A stretch of 64,000 bases of DNA, from the IMG/VR virus record IMGVR_UViG_3300018083_000446, positions 974-64,973 of that record, one strand, 5' to 3'. The stretch is from a virus. Lineage: Duplodnaviria > Caudoviricetes. The position numbers were made by a program, and so were the translations under genes. The notes beneath the pieces were generated by a model, which saw nothing but the letters and a program-made list of their open reading frames with translations, ran no database searches and was not told the origin of the DNA. Positions 10,094-19,715 of this stretch are shown piece after piece; the stretch's first letter is position 1; each line of letters starts with the position of its first letter.

Positions 10094-10409
10094 TCTTGTA
10101 TACCTTCTCAGACCATATGGCGAATGCGCTAGTAGCCAACCATGCAACCACAAGCCACACAGGTGTCAGCACCAACAGCAGGAGGATCAAGGCAGTCCAA
10201 ATGCTCAAGCACAGAAAGCATTCAAAGATGTTGCCATCCGGGTGTGCGATCGGTTGATCGTCTTCGTGTTTCACACCGGTCATCTCACGCAAGCGCACGA
10301 TGATCTTGAAAGGGCCGGCTTCATACATCAGGAGGTGTGTCAACCGCCATGTTGCTGCGGCTAACATCACTGCCATCAGCCAGTTGTCCGGCCTAGCGAT
10401 TTCAATCAA
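10074..10409 (-). CDS. DUF1360-like membrane protein
   Basis: LAAATWRLTHLLMYEAGPF..RLRE..G...FECFLCLSIW pattern with hydrophobic helices. Confidence 0.75.
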   Translation of the reverse strand: MIEIARPDNWLMAVMLAAATWRLTHLLMYEAGPFKIIVRLREMTGVKHEDDQPIAHPDGNIFECFLCLSIWTALILLLLVLTPVWLVVAWLATSAFAIWSEKVYKNGPRRR

Positions 10410-10427
10410 ACCTCACCCGCCCAGCTC

Positions 10428-10456
10428 ATTATACCAGAGTCGGCCAATCGTGTCAA
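10428..10456 (-). promoter_or_regulatory. Perfect sigma70-type promoter TTGACA-N17-TATAAT with extended -10 (TGG)
   Basis: Minus strand TTGACA 10456-10451 and TATAAT 10433-10428, upstream of the DUF1360/neck/tail genes. Confidence 0.85.
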
Positions 10457-10482
10457 GTGCCAACCTTTGGCTCGGCTCGCGC

Positions 10483-10800
10483 CTAGCGCGGAGGGCCCGC
10501 AGCCGCTAGCGCAGGTGATGCTTCTGTGCTGGCGTAGAGTCGAAACTCCTCTCGGTTCAGGAAGTGGTCAACATCGTCCTTGTACACCCAACGTACCTTG
10601 TGGTCAGGGTCTGACCCGAAACGATAGCGCGCACCGGTCTTCATACCAGTGTATGAAATGGGAGCGGCTGCGTCGCCAACGTATTCGATCAAAACAGCCC
10701 CGTCCTGCTGTGACGGAGTGGAAGGGTTCATCGCTTGAGCGTAGACATCGAATGAAGGTAGCGACGGAGCTCCACCACCACCAGAACAACCACAGGGCAT
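10483..10800 (-). CDS. Probable independently translated small protein (MPCGCSGG...), in frame inside the GT fusion
   Basis: ATG at 10800 preceded by GGAGGAAAGA Shine-Dalgarno; domain LIEYVG...YTGMKTGARYRFG. Confidence 0.5.
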   Translation of the reverse strand: MPCGCSGGGGAPSLPSFDVYAQAMNPSTPSQQDGAVLIEYVGDAAAPISYTGMKTGARYRFGSDPDHKVRWVYKDDVDHFLNREEFRLYASTEASPALAAAGPPR

Positions 10801-13113
10801 TCTTTCCTCCCGAGTAATGTATTTCGACCAGCGCTTGAAGATCTCTTCCTTTAGTGTCTCACGTTCCGAAAAGCCTTCTTCACGCCTTCGTCCCGTATCC
10901 ATCCTGTAATGAAAGAGAGGCACAGCGAGTCTAGTGCCACAATAATCCGCCGCCACAACTTTGAGTGCGAAGTCCCAATCTTCCCACGCAGGAAGCTCTT
11001 CATCGAACCCTCCTACTTTTTCCCAGACTGCACGCGGGTACATACAAGTGACAGGCCAAGGAAGTTGGCGGAGTACACTATCACATCCGTCCCACTCAGG
11101 GGCGTGATGGACTTCGCCGGTGTCGTGTCGGTACCAGTCGGTGTATACGAACCCGCCCACGCGATGTTGTTCGACATACATGAGCTCGAGAGCTTCGGGT
11201 TGGAAGTAGTCGTCCGCGTCAAGGAAAACGAACGTTTCGCCTCTAGCAGCAGCCATCCCGAAGTTGCGAGCAGCACCAGCACCGATAGCGCCGGTAGTGT
11301 GGACAACATGTGCCCAAGCAGGAAGCCCAGGCAAAGGGCCACCAGTGTCGTTGACAACAATCGCTTCCCACCAGCGGAACGTTTGAGATCGTACTGAGTC
11401 GAGCGCGTCGAGTACATAGCGTTCATGGCCTGGTCCCACCGGTATGATAACCGAGACTAAACTGAATTCGTGCATCGGGATGATTGGGTCGGTTCGTTCG
11501 TCGTCCACAGGTGCTAGCCATGGAGTTAGATCGGTCTGCTTTCCCCACGGGTACCATTGGTGCCAACCCCAATCTTCCTGGGTGTTGGACATTGAGTCGG
11601 GGCGATTACGATACCTGAGGACGACTGCGTCTGTCACACGCTTCGCATTGGCTCCGAACGAGGTCGCTCGACACCAAAAGTCCGCGTCTTCCGCAGTCGG
11701 ACACCGGCGGCGGTACCCACCAACTCTCTGCCATATGGAACGACGATACATCGACGTGGAACAGATCTGGTTCTGGTGTTTCATCTGGCGGCGATACTCG
11801 AACTCGGGTGGCCATGGTGACTTCCATTCCTCTCCACTAGGCTCGATCACCGACATTGCACCGTACGCTATGTGGATAGAACGATCACGGTCCAACGCAT
11901 TCGACAACACGTGCAGCACGTTGGACCCGAGCATGTTATCAGAGTCTAGTGGGACGATGTATTTGCCACGTGCGGCTGATATGCCAGCGTTCAAGGTCTC
12001 TGCTAGGTAGAGGTTCCCAGGGTTGGTGATGATGCGTACACGAGGGTTGTCTCCAGCAACCTCTCGAACGATCTGGATAGACCGGTCAGTAGATGCATCG
12101 TCAACAACGACGAGTTCCCAATCCGCTTGAGGCTGGTCCAACACCGATTTCACAGAGTCAGCGATGTACGCTTCCATGTTGTGGACAGGCATCACGACGC
12201 TGATCTTAGGGCCCGTGTGTGGTTCGAGTAGTGAACGATACAGATCGTGGTAACGACGTATCGCCACTTCCCACGTGAAGTTACGCAACACATGAGCGCG
12301 AGCCGCAGCCCCTAACCGCCTACGATGTTTGAAACAGTACTCGAGCCCCTCTACCAACGAAGCGTAGTCGTTAGCAGGCGCCAACCAGCCTGTCTCTTTG
12401 TGGATCACGATCTCGTTTTGACCGCCCCAAGCCCATCCTAGGATCGGCACGCCAGCTGCCATTGCTTCTAGCGTACCTATCCCAAACGTCTCCCGAGTGG
12501 TGCACAAGTACACACCAGCGTTCTGAATGTAGGCCTTGTGCTCTCCGAGGCTGGACACACCAACAGCTTCGACGTTGTCAGCAGGTGGCATACCCCAGTG
12601 GACTGTCGAGATGAACTTACGATTGGGGGCCAACTTGGACAGTTCCCACAATGGAGTAGGATCACATATCGGGTCGACTCGAGTTTTGTTCCAGAGCACG
12701 TACCCTTTGTTGGCGACTGGCTCCCACGCTGTGGGGTCTATGCCGTGGTACAACACTTGAGCGTTGATGTTAGTCCCTCGAGCGATGGCTTGCGCAACCC
12801 ACTTGGACGGAGCTGTCACAACGTCGGCTGCACGCATAGCCTTGATAACGTCGCGGTTCATCTTGAGGGCCCATTTCGGCCACTCGAACCCGTACCAGTA
12901 CAACCCGTGGCAATGCGACACCACAGGTATTGTAGCGTCTGCATCGGCTGCCACACCGGCGTGTGTGGCGACGAGGTCGGCTGCGCCCGGCTCATCCACG
13001 ATCTCCCACCCCATTGTGGGCAACCATTGGTTCTGAGCTTCGACGACTCGCCTTATACCACCGTCGCCACGATCCTCGCCAATGAACCGAGGGCCAATAA
13101 ACAGTTTAGCCAT
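10483..13113 (-). CDS. Multidomain glycosyltransferase: GT4 (GT-B) + two GT2 (GT-A) domains + C-terminal small domain
   Basis: ETFGIGTLEAMAAGVP (GT4); ISVVMPVHN..VVVDDASTD..LDSDN and VSVIIPVG..VVND..FLDADD..WEDWDF (GT2 x2). Confidence 0.93.
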   Translation of the reverse strand: MAKLFIGPRFIGEDRGDGGIRRVVEAQNQWLPTMGWEIVDEPGAADLVATHAGVAADADATIPVVSHCHGLYWYGFEWPKWALKMNRDVIKAMRAADVVTAPSKWVAQAIARGTNINAQVLYHGIDPTAWEPVANKGYVLWNKTRVDPICDPTPLWELSKLAPNRKFISTVHWGMPPADNVEAVGVSSLGEHKAYIQNAGVYLCTTRETFGIGTLEAMAAGVPILGWAWGGQNEIVIHKETGWLAPANDYASLVEGLEYCFKHRRRLGAAARAHVLRNFTWEVAIRRYHDLYRSLLEPHTGPKISVVMPVHNMEAYIADSVKSVLDQPQADWELVVVDDASTDRSIQIVREVAGDNPRVRIITNPGNLYLAETLNAGISAARGKYIVPLDSDNMLGSNVLHVLSNALDRDRSIHIAYGAMSVIEPSGEEWKSPWPPEFEYRRQMKHQNQICSTSMYRRSIWQRVGGYRRRCPTAEDADFWCRATSFGANAKRVTDAVVLRYRNRPDSMSNTQEDWGWHQWYPWGKQTDLTPWLAPVDDERTDPIIPMHEFSLVSVIIPVGPGHERYVLDALDSVRSQTFRWWEAIVVNDTGGPLPGLPAWAHVVHTTGAIGAGAARNFGMAAARGETFVFLDADDYFQPEALELMYVEQHRVGGFVYTDWYRHDTGEVHHAPEWDGCDSVLRQLPWPVTCMYPRAVWEKVGGFDEELPAWEDWDFALKVVAADYCGTRLAVPLFHYRMDTGRRREEGFSERETLKEEIFKRWSKYITREERMPCGCSGGGGAPSLPSFDVYAQAMNPSTPSQQDGAVLIEYVGDAAAPISYTGMKTGARYRFGSDPDHKVRWVYKDDVDHFLNREEFRLYASTEASPALAAAGPPR

Positions 13114-13573
13114 TCACATACACCTGCACGTATCCTGGCAACGACCCCGCGACATTGGTCCAAGACCTTTGCAGGTCATTGGTCTTGTCCTCATCGAAGC
13201 GGAGTTTGCCACACACTAGTTCACCTTTTCCAAATGGAAAAGCTCGCGCAACTACGTAGTGCCCTTCGAGCGCGACGTAAGGTGCCGCGTCCAACGGACT
13301 GTGGATAGACGTGACCAGATCGAACTGGCCTATAATTTCACCAATGATTAACCGTGCATACAGCCTCGCATCTCGTTTTACGTCTGGATCGAATGTTTGG
13401 CCAATGGAGGGTTTACAACCGAACATGCGTGCGGCTCGCACCATGTATCCGTTGTGGCATGCTAGGTCGAGGTACGAGCGTGGGATACCCAGGCATGCAA
13501 ACATGGCATGCATGGCACGCTCACTAGCCTCGCGCACTTCAGTAGACGGGTCGATCACCGACTTCGTACTCAC
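13106..13573 (-). CDS. SAM-dependent methyltransferase-like protein (degenerate motif I)
   Basis: SYLDLACHNGYMV resembles LDLGCGxG; FDLVTS motif; lies inside the glycosylation cluster. Confidence 0.55.
   Translation of the reverse strand: MSTKSVIDPSTEVREASERAMHAMFACLGIPRSYLDLACHNGYMVRAARMFGCKPSIGQTFDPDVKRDARLYARLIIGEIIGQFDLVTSIHSPLDAAPYVALEGHYVVARAFPFGKGELVCGKLRFDEDKTNDLQRSWTNVAGSLPGYVQVYVNG
13223..13244. repeat. 22-bp palindromic motif copy 2 (ACCTTTTCCAAATGGAAAAGCT), intragenic
   Basis: Exact motif inside the methyltransferase-like CDS. Confidence 0.95.
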
Positions 13574-14210
13574 CTATGTGCTCCCAAGGCCCCACTAGAT
13601 TCAACGCTGCAGCGCGTAGCCCATTGTGCATGTTGCAACGATCAGAGTAGTCGCGTTCACAGACGTACGCATCCACCCCTTCAAGGAACGGACCGACCTT
13701 TTCGTAGAACCGCTTCGACGCCAGGAACGGACGCGTCCCGAATACGAACCCACTCCCGAACTCTAGGTGGAGCCACCACCCAGGTCCAACCGTGAACTTG
13801 GTGAAACACGGTAGGTTAGGGTGTATCGGTCCTAGACGTACGAAGTCGTATTCTTCTTCGCGTATCAACCAGATTGCTTTATCGAGATTGATTGAGCCTC
13901 GATCATACGAATCTTGGAGTTCCCAATCGTCAGTAGTGTACAGCCAAAGTTCGTTGTGCGCCACTCTAGCCAACGCTCGATTGAGGGATGCCCCAATGCC
14001 ACCGTGCGGCCCGGTTACGATTGAAACGTCCTCGCCGGGGAAATGCGTGATGTTAGGCGTCACAGGCGATCCATCGTCCGCTATGATGTATCGAATGGTC
14101 TCCGTGCGACATTTGAGGTTCTCCACCAACGCATCTAGGCAAGTCTGGGCGTAGGCGTGGCGTGGAGCGCTGGGTTCGGGGTTGTACGTAGTCATGACCA
14201 CCGCTACCAT
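13539..14210 (-). CDS. Glycosyltransferase family 2 (GT-A)
   Basis: VVMTTYN...IIADDGSP...GIGASLNRAL...TDDW...EHIG. Confidence 0.85.
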   Translation of the reverse strand: MVAVVMTTYNPEPSAPRHAYAQTCLDALVENLKCRTETIRYIIADDGSPVTPNITHFPGEDVSIVTGPHGGIGASLNRALARVAHNELWLYTTDDWELQDSYDRGSINLDKAIWLIREEEYDFVRLGPIHPNLPCFTKFTVGPGWWLHLEFGSGFVFGTRPFLASKRFYEKVGPFLEGVDAYVCERDYSDRCNMHNGLRAAALNLVGPWEHIGEYEVGDRPVY

Positions 14211-14905
14211 GATCGTTCGGCTCCTATGTGCACGAACAGATCACCGTAGGGTTTGACTTCTTGTACGGGCCAGATCACGCCTTGACGCGCTTCAGAAATG
14301 TGCGCCACGGCGAACTCGGTCTGGCCTGGTTCGAGCCCCTCAGGCCAAGGACCCACGCTTCTCTCCCAACCCACTGTCTCGATCCTGGGGTGGCCAGAAA
14401 AAACGTGAGGTTCAGCTGATGATGGATCGAGTCGTAACCATAGACGACCGTGGCTGGAGGCGAATTCACCGCGGAGTGGCTGAGTGAAACCCAAGTATCC
14501 CAACCGCATGCAGCCAGCGCCGAGTTCGTTAAGCGCTCCGATGAAGAGGTCAAGGTCGAGCTCACGTGTCAACTCCCAATCATCTTCCAGAACCAGAACA
14601 TGGCTGGCAAAGTTGTGTACTAGCTGTGTCGCCAAGTTGTAGTTCGCCCCATAGCCTGAACGACGTGAATTCGATGTGGTCACTAGCTCGAGCGGGATGG
14701 GCGACGTGTCGGTGATCTCGTGGAGCGTTTGAATGTACTCGTCCGTATCGCCGTCACTGGCAATGTGCACGGACAGCGCTCCGCTCGTGCGCACGTGTGC
14801 CAACGCAGACGTGAGCGTCGTTTTGGCATACTCGAGGCGCCCGTACGTCAACAACATGATGCACACGTTACTCATTGGGGTCCTCTTGACGAGGCACCCA
14901 TTCAC
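14204..14905 (-). CDS. Glycosyltransferase family 2 (GT-A)
   Basis: MLLTYGR...IASDG...GYGANYN...LVLEDDW...FVHIG; resembles the adjacent GT. Confidence 0.85.
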   Translation of the reverse strand: MNGCLVKRTPMSNVCIMLLTYGRLEYAKTTLTSALAHVRTSGALSVHIASDGDTDEYIQTLHEITDTSPIPLELVTTSNSRRSGYGANYNLATQLVHNFASHVLVLEDDWELTRELDLDLFIGALNELGAGCMRLGYLGFTQPLRGEFASSHGRLWLRLDPSSAEPHVFSGHPRIETVGWERSVGPWPEGLEPGQTEFAVAHISEARQGVIWPVQEVKPYGDLFVHIGAERSW

Positions 14906-15560
14906 GTGTTACGAGATCACGTGTCTCCAGGATAACCCCTTGCCACGATGCCTTCGAGGCCGTATCGGCTTCAGCGTGACGACGGTAGTTGTAGAGTGGA
15001 GCGCCGTTGGCAACTGGCCAGTGACGACCTGCACGAGGGTAATTCCCGATGATGATCGAAAGGAGTGCGGCATCCGGAGCACCCGACGCTGATTGAACTG
15101 GAAAACCACCCGTTCGTCGCCACAACGACTTAGTAACCATTGCCGCATTACAGGCGAGCTCCTGGGTCTCACCGGTGTCCGAATAACGAACACCCACGTA
15201 GTAGTAACCGTACGGATCGCCTTGACGCGCTTGGTATTCCTTGACGCACTCTTCGATACAAGTAGGCTCGAGCCAATCATCCGACCCCAGCATAAAAACG
15301 AGTTCGCTCGGCGCAACCGCGACACCGATGTTGAATGCATGTGCTACCCCCAGGTACCAAGGGCTCTTCCACACAGAGTACGCCAGGTCACTGGGGACCA
15401 TGTGTAGGCTGACATCAGCCATGTCGTCTACGATCTGGAGATGGATACCCCCATGCGACAGATGGTTCCACGTTTGGTCGCTCACTGAACGGATGCACTC
15501 GTCCAACCACCTACGATTAGACGGGTTAGGGCCGACAGGGATCGTAACGGTCACCATCAT
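14868..15560 (-). CDS. Glycosyltransferase family 2 (GT-A)
   Basis: VTIPVGP..WLDECIRSVSDQT..IVDD..GVAHAFNIG..LGSDDWL..YNYRRH. Confidence 0.85.
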   Translation of the reverse strand: MMVTVTIPVGPNPSNRRWLDECIRSVSDQTWNHLSHGGIHLQIVDDMADVSLHMVPSDLAYSVWKSPWYLGVAHAFNIGVAVAPSELVFMLGSDDWLEPTCIEECVKEYQARQGDPYGYYYVGVRYSDTGETQELACNAAMVTKSLWRRTGGFPVQSASGAPDAALLSIIIGNYPRAGRHWPVANGAPLYNYRRHAEADTASKASWQGVILETRDLVTREWVPRQEDPNE

Positions 15561-16363
15561 ACCGTAATTGGTTCTCGATCGTAGGCTTCGACCAACCGCG
15601 TGAGGTCGCGCAGCAGACTAACCGTCGGTTTGAGGCCTCGATACACTATAGGTTCGTCCACTGGAACGATGTTGATATCCTTGGCGAACGCATCCTTGAG
15701 GTCCAGTAGCAGTTGGTACTTCGTCGTGACGGGCGCTGCCACGTGGTACAGGCTAGGGCTCATGTGGAACATCTTGATGAGCATATCTGCCACATCGTAG
15801 ACCGTACTACCCGCCCAATACGCCTGCGTGTAACCTTCGATGGTGGCACCGGCTGGTTGATCCAGGAACCACCGTAGCAACCCGTGCTGCAACCCGATGA
15901 ACGACGTACGAACGATAACGGTATCAGGGACTTCACCCATCACTTTGCTACGCCCGTAGAGGTTGATCGGGTCTGTACGATCGAGTATGCTTCGCAACCC
16001 AGGTGCGTACCCGCTGAACACGCAGTCAGTAGATACCAGGATCACTTTAGAAGCGTGGAACACGTCCTTCACAACCCACGGCCCGAGCGCGTTGGCACGC
16101 ACCATATCGGAAGGCATGTGCAACCCTGTCATGTGATGCGGCGTAAGGCCTGCGCAATTCACGACGACGTGAGGGTGGATAGCACCTTCTACCTTACGCA
16201 TGGCGTCCCAGTCGGAGATATCATGCTCCGAACCTGTTACCCACGTCTGGTACTTGGCTAGGCGCGCCGCTGTCGCAACAGCACGCCCGAGCATACCACG
16301 CCCGCCTAACACCAACACTCGACCCTTGAAACCTTCGGGTTCTTTGAGTTCGACTTCAGACAC
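15557..16363 (-). CDS. RmlD-like NDP-4-keto-6-deoxyhexose reductase (SDR)
   Basis: GGRGMLG Rossmann motif, VVVNCAG, STDCVFSG, YGRSK, RTSFIG. Confidence 0.88.
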   Translation of the reverse strand: MSEVELKEPEGFKGRVLVLGGRGMLGRAVATAARLAKYQTWVTGSEHDISDWDAMRKVEGAIHPHVVVNCAGLTPHHMTGLHMPSDMVRANALGPWVVKDVFHASKVILVSTDCVFSGYAPGLRSILDRTDPINLYGRSKVMGEVPDTVIVRTSFIGLQHGLLRWFLDQPAGATIEGYTQAYWAGSTVYDVADMLIKMFHMSPSLYHVAAPVTTKYQLLLDLKDAFAKDINIVPVDEPIVYRGLKPTVSLLRDLTRLVEAYDREPITV

Positions 16364-17288
16364 CTTCGCTCTCCCTTATCATCTGGACTAGCTCTGTGCG
16401 GGAGAGCGGTTCGGCTAGATTGGAACTCATCGTAGGTAGTTCGCGTGTGTAGTCCTCGCTACCTGGCGGCATGATGGCGTAGAAGTTGTCGTACGCCTTG
16501 GTGCGATAGAGTTCGTAGTGGGTGATGAGGTCTTCGTGCTGCTTTTCACCAGGACGCTTCCCAACTACTTGGATTCGCCCAGCCTCGAACTCAGACCCAC
16601 ACACTTCCAACACAGCGTGCGCTATGTCGATCATACGTGCAGCGCGTGGGACAGGGACCGTGATCGAACCTCTAGGGGCGGCGAATGCCTTGACGATGGT
16701 ATCCACAGCATCGTTGATGCTCATCCAGAACCTGGTCATGTCAGGGTCTGTTACACGAATGCAACCGTCTTCGCGGAATTGTTCACGCATGACAGGCACG
16801 ACAGACCCAGTCGAACCAATGACGTTCCCGTAACGACACGCGTTGTACCCGTACTCAGATACCAGGCGTTCCATGAGCGCCTTGGTGATCCCATACGTGT
16901 TGACTGGCTGTGCAGCTTTGTCGGTGGATATGGCTACCAAGCTTGCCATGTGTACGGTACGTGCGGCGTGCAACACGGTGCCTGATCCGACGACGTTCAC
17001 CCTAGCGAACTCGTCTACGTTGAACTCACCTTCGGGGATGAACTTCGCAGCTGCAGCGTGAATCACTGCATCGTGGCCTACCATCAGGTTCTGGACACGA
17101 CCCAAGTCTGTGATATCCCCAAGCACGAATCGTGCATCGGGGAACTGTTGTGCACAACGGTATTGCTTTTCCTCGTCACGTGAGAGGATAGTGAACTTGG
17201 CGGGCCAACCGTCGCGCTGTGCACGACGTAGAATCCCGCGACCCAAGTAACCAGTCCCCCCGGTGATCAAGATATTGCCTTTCAGCAT
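16356..17288 (-). CDS. UDP-GlcNAc 4,6-dehydratase (PseB/FnlA/CapE family)
   Basis: ITGGTGYLG, SRDEEKQ, HAAAAK, STDKA, YGITK, RYGNVIGSTGSV, TDPDMTRF, RPGEKQHE; start overlaps the upstream stop (TGATG). Confidence 0.92.
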   Translation of the reverse strand: MLKGNILITGGTGYLGRGILRRAQRDGWPAKFTILSRDEEKQYRCAQQFPDARFVLGDITDLGRVQNLMVGHDAVIHAAAAKFIPEGEFNVDEFARVNVVGSGTVLHAARTVHMASLVAISTDKAAQPVNTYGITKALMERLVSEYGYNACRYGNVIGSTGSVVPVMREQFREDGCIRVTDPDMTRFWMSINDAVDTIVKAFAAPRGSITVPVPRAARMIDIAHAVLEVCGSEFEAGRIQVVGKRPGEKQHEDLITHYELYRTKAYDNFYAIMPPGSEDYTRELPTMSSNLAEPLSRTELVQMIRESEGV

Positions 17289-19711
17289 CAAATCTCCCAG
17301 GGTTTGACCGCCTCTGCGGGCGGTTCGCAATTAGAGGGTTCGTACACCCAATCGTTATCACCGTAGTCTCGTGCTACTCCTACAGGCCAGACCACCTCCC
17401 TATCTAACGTATTGTCTTGTTCGCACGCTACGTAGTTCTCGAGCAACGGTGGTGCAATGTAGATCGCACCTAAGTTCTGAGCTCGTGGGCCTAGCGTGCC
17501 TCGCAGCGCTGTGGGTGGTGCAGCGAATCGTATCTCGGCTCTAGCTCCGACACGACCTACCAATCCACCTTGGCGGAACAACAGACCAGCTACGCTTTGT
17601 GCATGCGTGCCTACGCGTGCTACCAATACCGTACGACGAATCGCTTGGTATGTGTTGGTGGCGCGTGGGCCGATTGTTATCGTAGCTGCAAACCCTCGCT
17701 GTGGGACCATTACAAAGTTGGGGCGAGCGCCCGCGCGCCCGACTGCAGGAGCGGATCGTACGCTAAGGATAACGAAGTCCACCCTAGCACCAGCGCGCCC
17801 CAACACACTGCCACTAGTAGTGCGCGTGGCTGCCGTTTGCGATTGAGTACCTACACTAGCCGTTCCAACTACAGTGATCCTCTTGACACCAGCGTTCTGC
17901 GCTCGAGAACCAGTGTGGCCAGCAGCACTCCTCGACCCGCCAATAGCACCGACCAGCGTACCACGCGTGCCTGCGCTACCAACAGCAGCGCCGCTCGAGT
18001 TCTTCGCACCAACGTCCTGTGCGCGGGACCCAACACTACCTTGCGCCGTACCAGTTAGGTTAGTGACGGTTTGTGCAGAGTTCTGAGCGTGGGTTCCTAC
18101 TCGACCGCTAACGCTGGCGGTGGTTGAATGCGCCCCAGCCGTGGTGGCTGTGGGGCCACTACGTGCAACGTCAGTCGCAGTGATTGATTTGACGCCTGCG
18201 TTCTGTGCACGTGAACCTGCATAGCCAGCTACGAACTTGGCTCCGCCTTGTGCACCCACCGTGGCAGCATGTGTGCCTACACGACCCACCACTGCAGACG
18301 TACGTTGTGCTACGTCTACATGTGTAGCTCGACTGCCAACGCTGGCGACTTGGGCGGTGGTGATGCGCTTGACGCCTGCATTGGTGGCGCGTGGACCTAC
18401 ACTACCTGCGACAGTCGCAGGAGCTGCTGCTGGTATAACAAACTGTGCCCACGAAACGAGTATGCGACGCTCGATGACTTCCGCGCCAACGTTGGTAGCA
18501 CGTGGGCCAACGTGGCCCAAGGATGGTGGGCGTGTAGCAGCTGCTGGTATCTCTAGTTGTACCCACGATACCTGAGCACGCGCTGTTATACCTTGGCTAC
18601 CAACGGTTTGAGCGTGCGCTCCCACACGCCCCACCACCGTCGATGTGTTGGTACGTGCGACGGCCGTAGTGACCTTAGCGCCTACTGAAGCTACGTGGGG
18701 GTTGGCGATCTTCTTGACGCCAACCGCTACAGCCCTAAAGCCTGTCTTGCCAGCGATCGCACCGCTAACACCAGTGATCTGTGAACCAGCGGTTGTCGCG
18801 TGGGTGCCAACTTTAGCTGTGGCCGCTACACTAGTGCTATGTACGCCTACGTCAGTCGCACGTGGGCCGACTCGAGCGGCGCCTGTAGCAGTCGCACTAC
18901 GTACGCCTACATTCTGGGCACGTGGGCCAGCTGTTCCAACCAGTGGTATACCAGCTGCGGCGGTTGGTACTTGTAGTGATACGTAGGATACTACGGCACG
19001 CGGTTGTGGAATAAACCCTACGTTGGTAGCACGTGGACCAAGTTTGCCAACTATCGCACCCACGCTCTGTTGCATGAACGTGAGGTTAGCGCTGAACTCA
19101 ACCCACGGGTTTAGGTCAGTAGTTAGCCCATCAGAATGTGCAAAGTCTGACGCGGCTGAATCACCAAAGCGAAGCGTCGTTGTGAACGAGGTAGACGTAC
19201 CAGCTTTGCGAAAGCCAATCTCAATAACGAGGTAGTCGCCAGCGCTGAACGTACGTGACGTTAGCGTGAGGGTTGTGGCTTCAGCGGCGTCCTGGAAACG
19301 CCGTGTCAGAGCAGAAGTGGTAAACTCAGGTGGGGCAGCAGCTGTGTTATCGCTAGCACTAACAGCTAGCAGGTCATTGATGTGTGTGCCCGCGCTGGAG
19401 ACCTGGCGTATGTTGATCGCTACGGTCGAGTTGAGGTTAGCGTTCGACTCTAGACCACGAATGACGCCGGTGACCGTACCACTGATGGTCTGCGCCGCCA
19501 TCGGTCCAACGATGTACTGGCGCATGACCGTCGTCGCCGGGTTGGCGGCTGACGGGCTTGCACTAGCGTGGTTCGCAAGGGTTGTGTTTGCCTTAGTTGT
19601 CGAACCAATCTCGCGGTCGAAGCCCGTTGTAGCTGTGGCTGTCCAACCAGTTCCTACGGCTGGCGAAATCGCCGGCGTGGTGCCGTCTGGTAGGTAGATC
19701 CTCGTAGCCAC
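17288..19711 (-). CDS. Ala/Gly/Thr/Val-rich repetitive virion fibre/scaffold protein
   Basis: 807 aa; N-terminal beta-rich domain then many ~22-aa repeats (G-x-VG-x-RA-x-N-x-G) and three R-x-x-VS(W/Y)-x-x-x-x-(I/V)P motifs. Confidence 0.7.
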   Translation of the reverse strand: MATRIYLPDGTTPAISPAVGTGWTATATTGFDREIGSTTKANTTLANHASASPSAANPATTVMRQYIVGPMAAQTISGTVTGVIRGLESNANLNSTVAINIRQVSSAGTHINDLLAVSASDNTAAAPPEFTTSALTRRFQDAAEATTLTLTSRTFSAGDYLVIEIGFRKAGTSTSFTTTLRFGDSAASDFAHSDGLTTDLNPWVEFSANLTFMQQSVGAIVGKLGPRATNVGFIPQPRAVVSYVSLQVPTAAAGIPLVGTAGPRAQNVGVRSATATGAARVGPRATDVGVHSTSVAATAKVGTHATTAGSQITGVSGAIAGKTGFRAVAVGVKKIANPHVASVGAKVTTAVARTNTSTVVGRVGAHAQTVGSQGITARAQVSWVQLEIPAAATRPPSLGHVGPRATNVGAEVIERRILVSWAQFVIPAAAPATVAGSVGPRATNAGVKRITTAQVASVGSRATHVDVAQRTSAVVGRVGTHAATVGAQGGAKFVAGYAGSRAQNAGVKSITATDVARSGPTATTAGAHSTTASVSGRVGTHAQNSAQTVTNLTGTAQGSVGSRAQDVGAKNSSGAAVGSAGTRGTLVGAIGGSRSAAGHTGSRAQNAGVKRITVVGTASVGTQSQTAATRTTSGSVLGRAGARVDFVILSVRSAPAVGRAGARPNFVMVPQRGFAATITIGPRATNTYQAIRRTVLVARVGTHAQSVAGLLFRQGGLVGRVGARAEIRFAAPPTALRGTLGPRAQNLGAIYIAPPLLENYVACEQDNTLDREVVWPVGVARDYGDNDWVYEPSNCEPPAEAVKPWEI

Positions 19712-19715
19712 GAGG

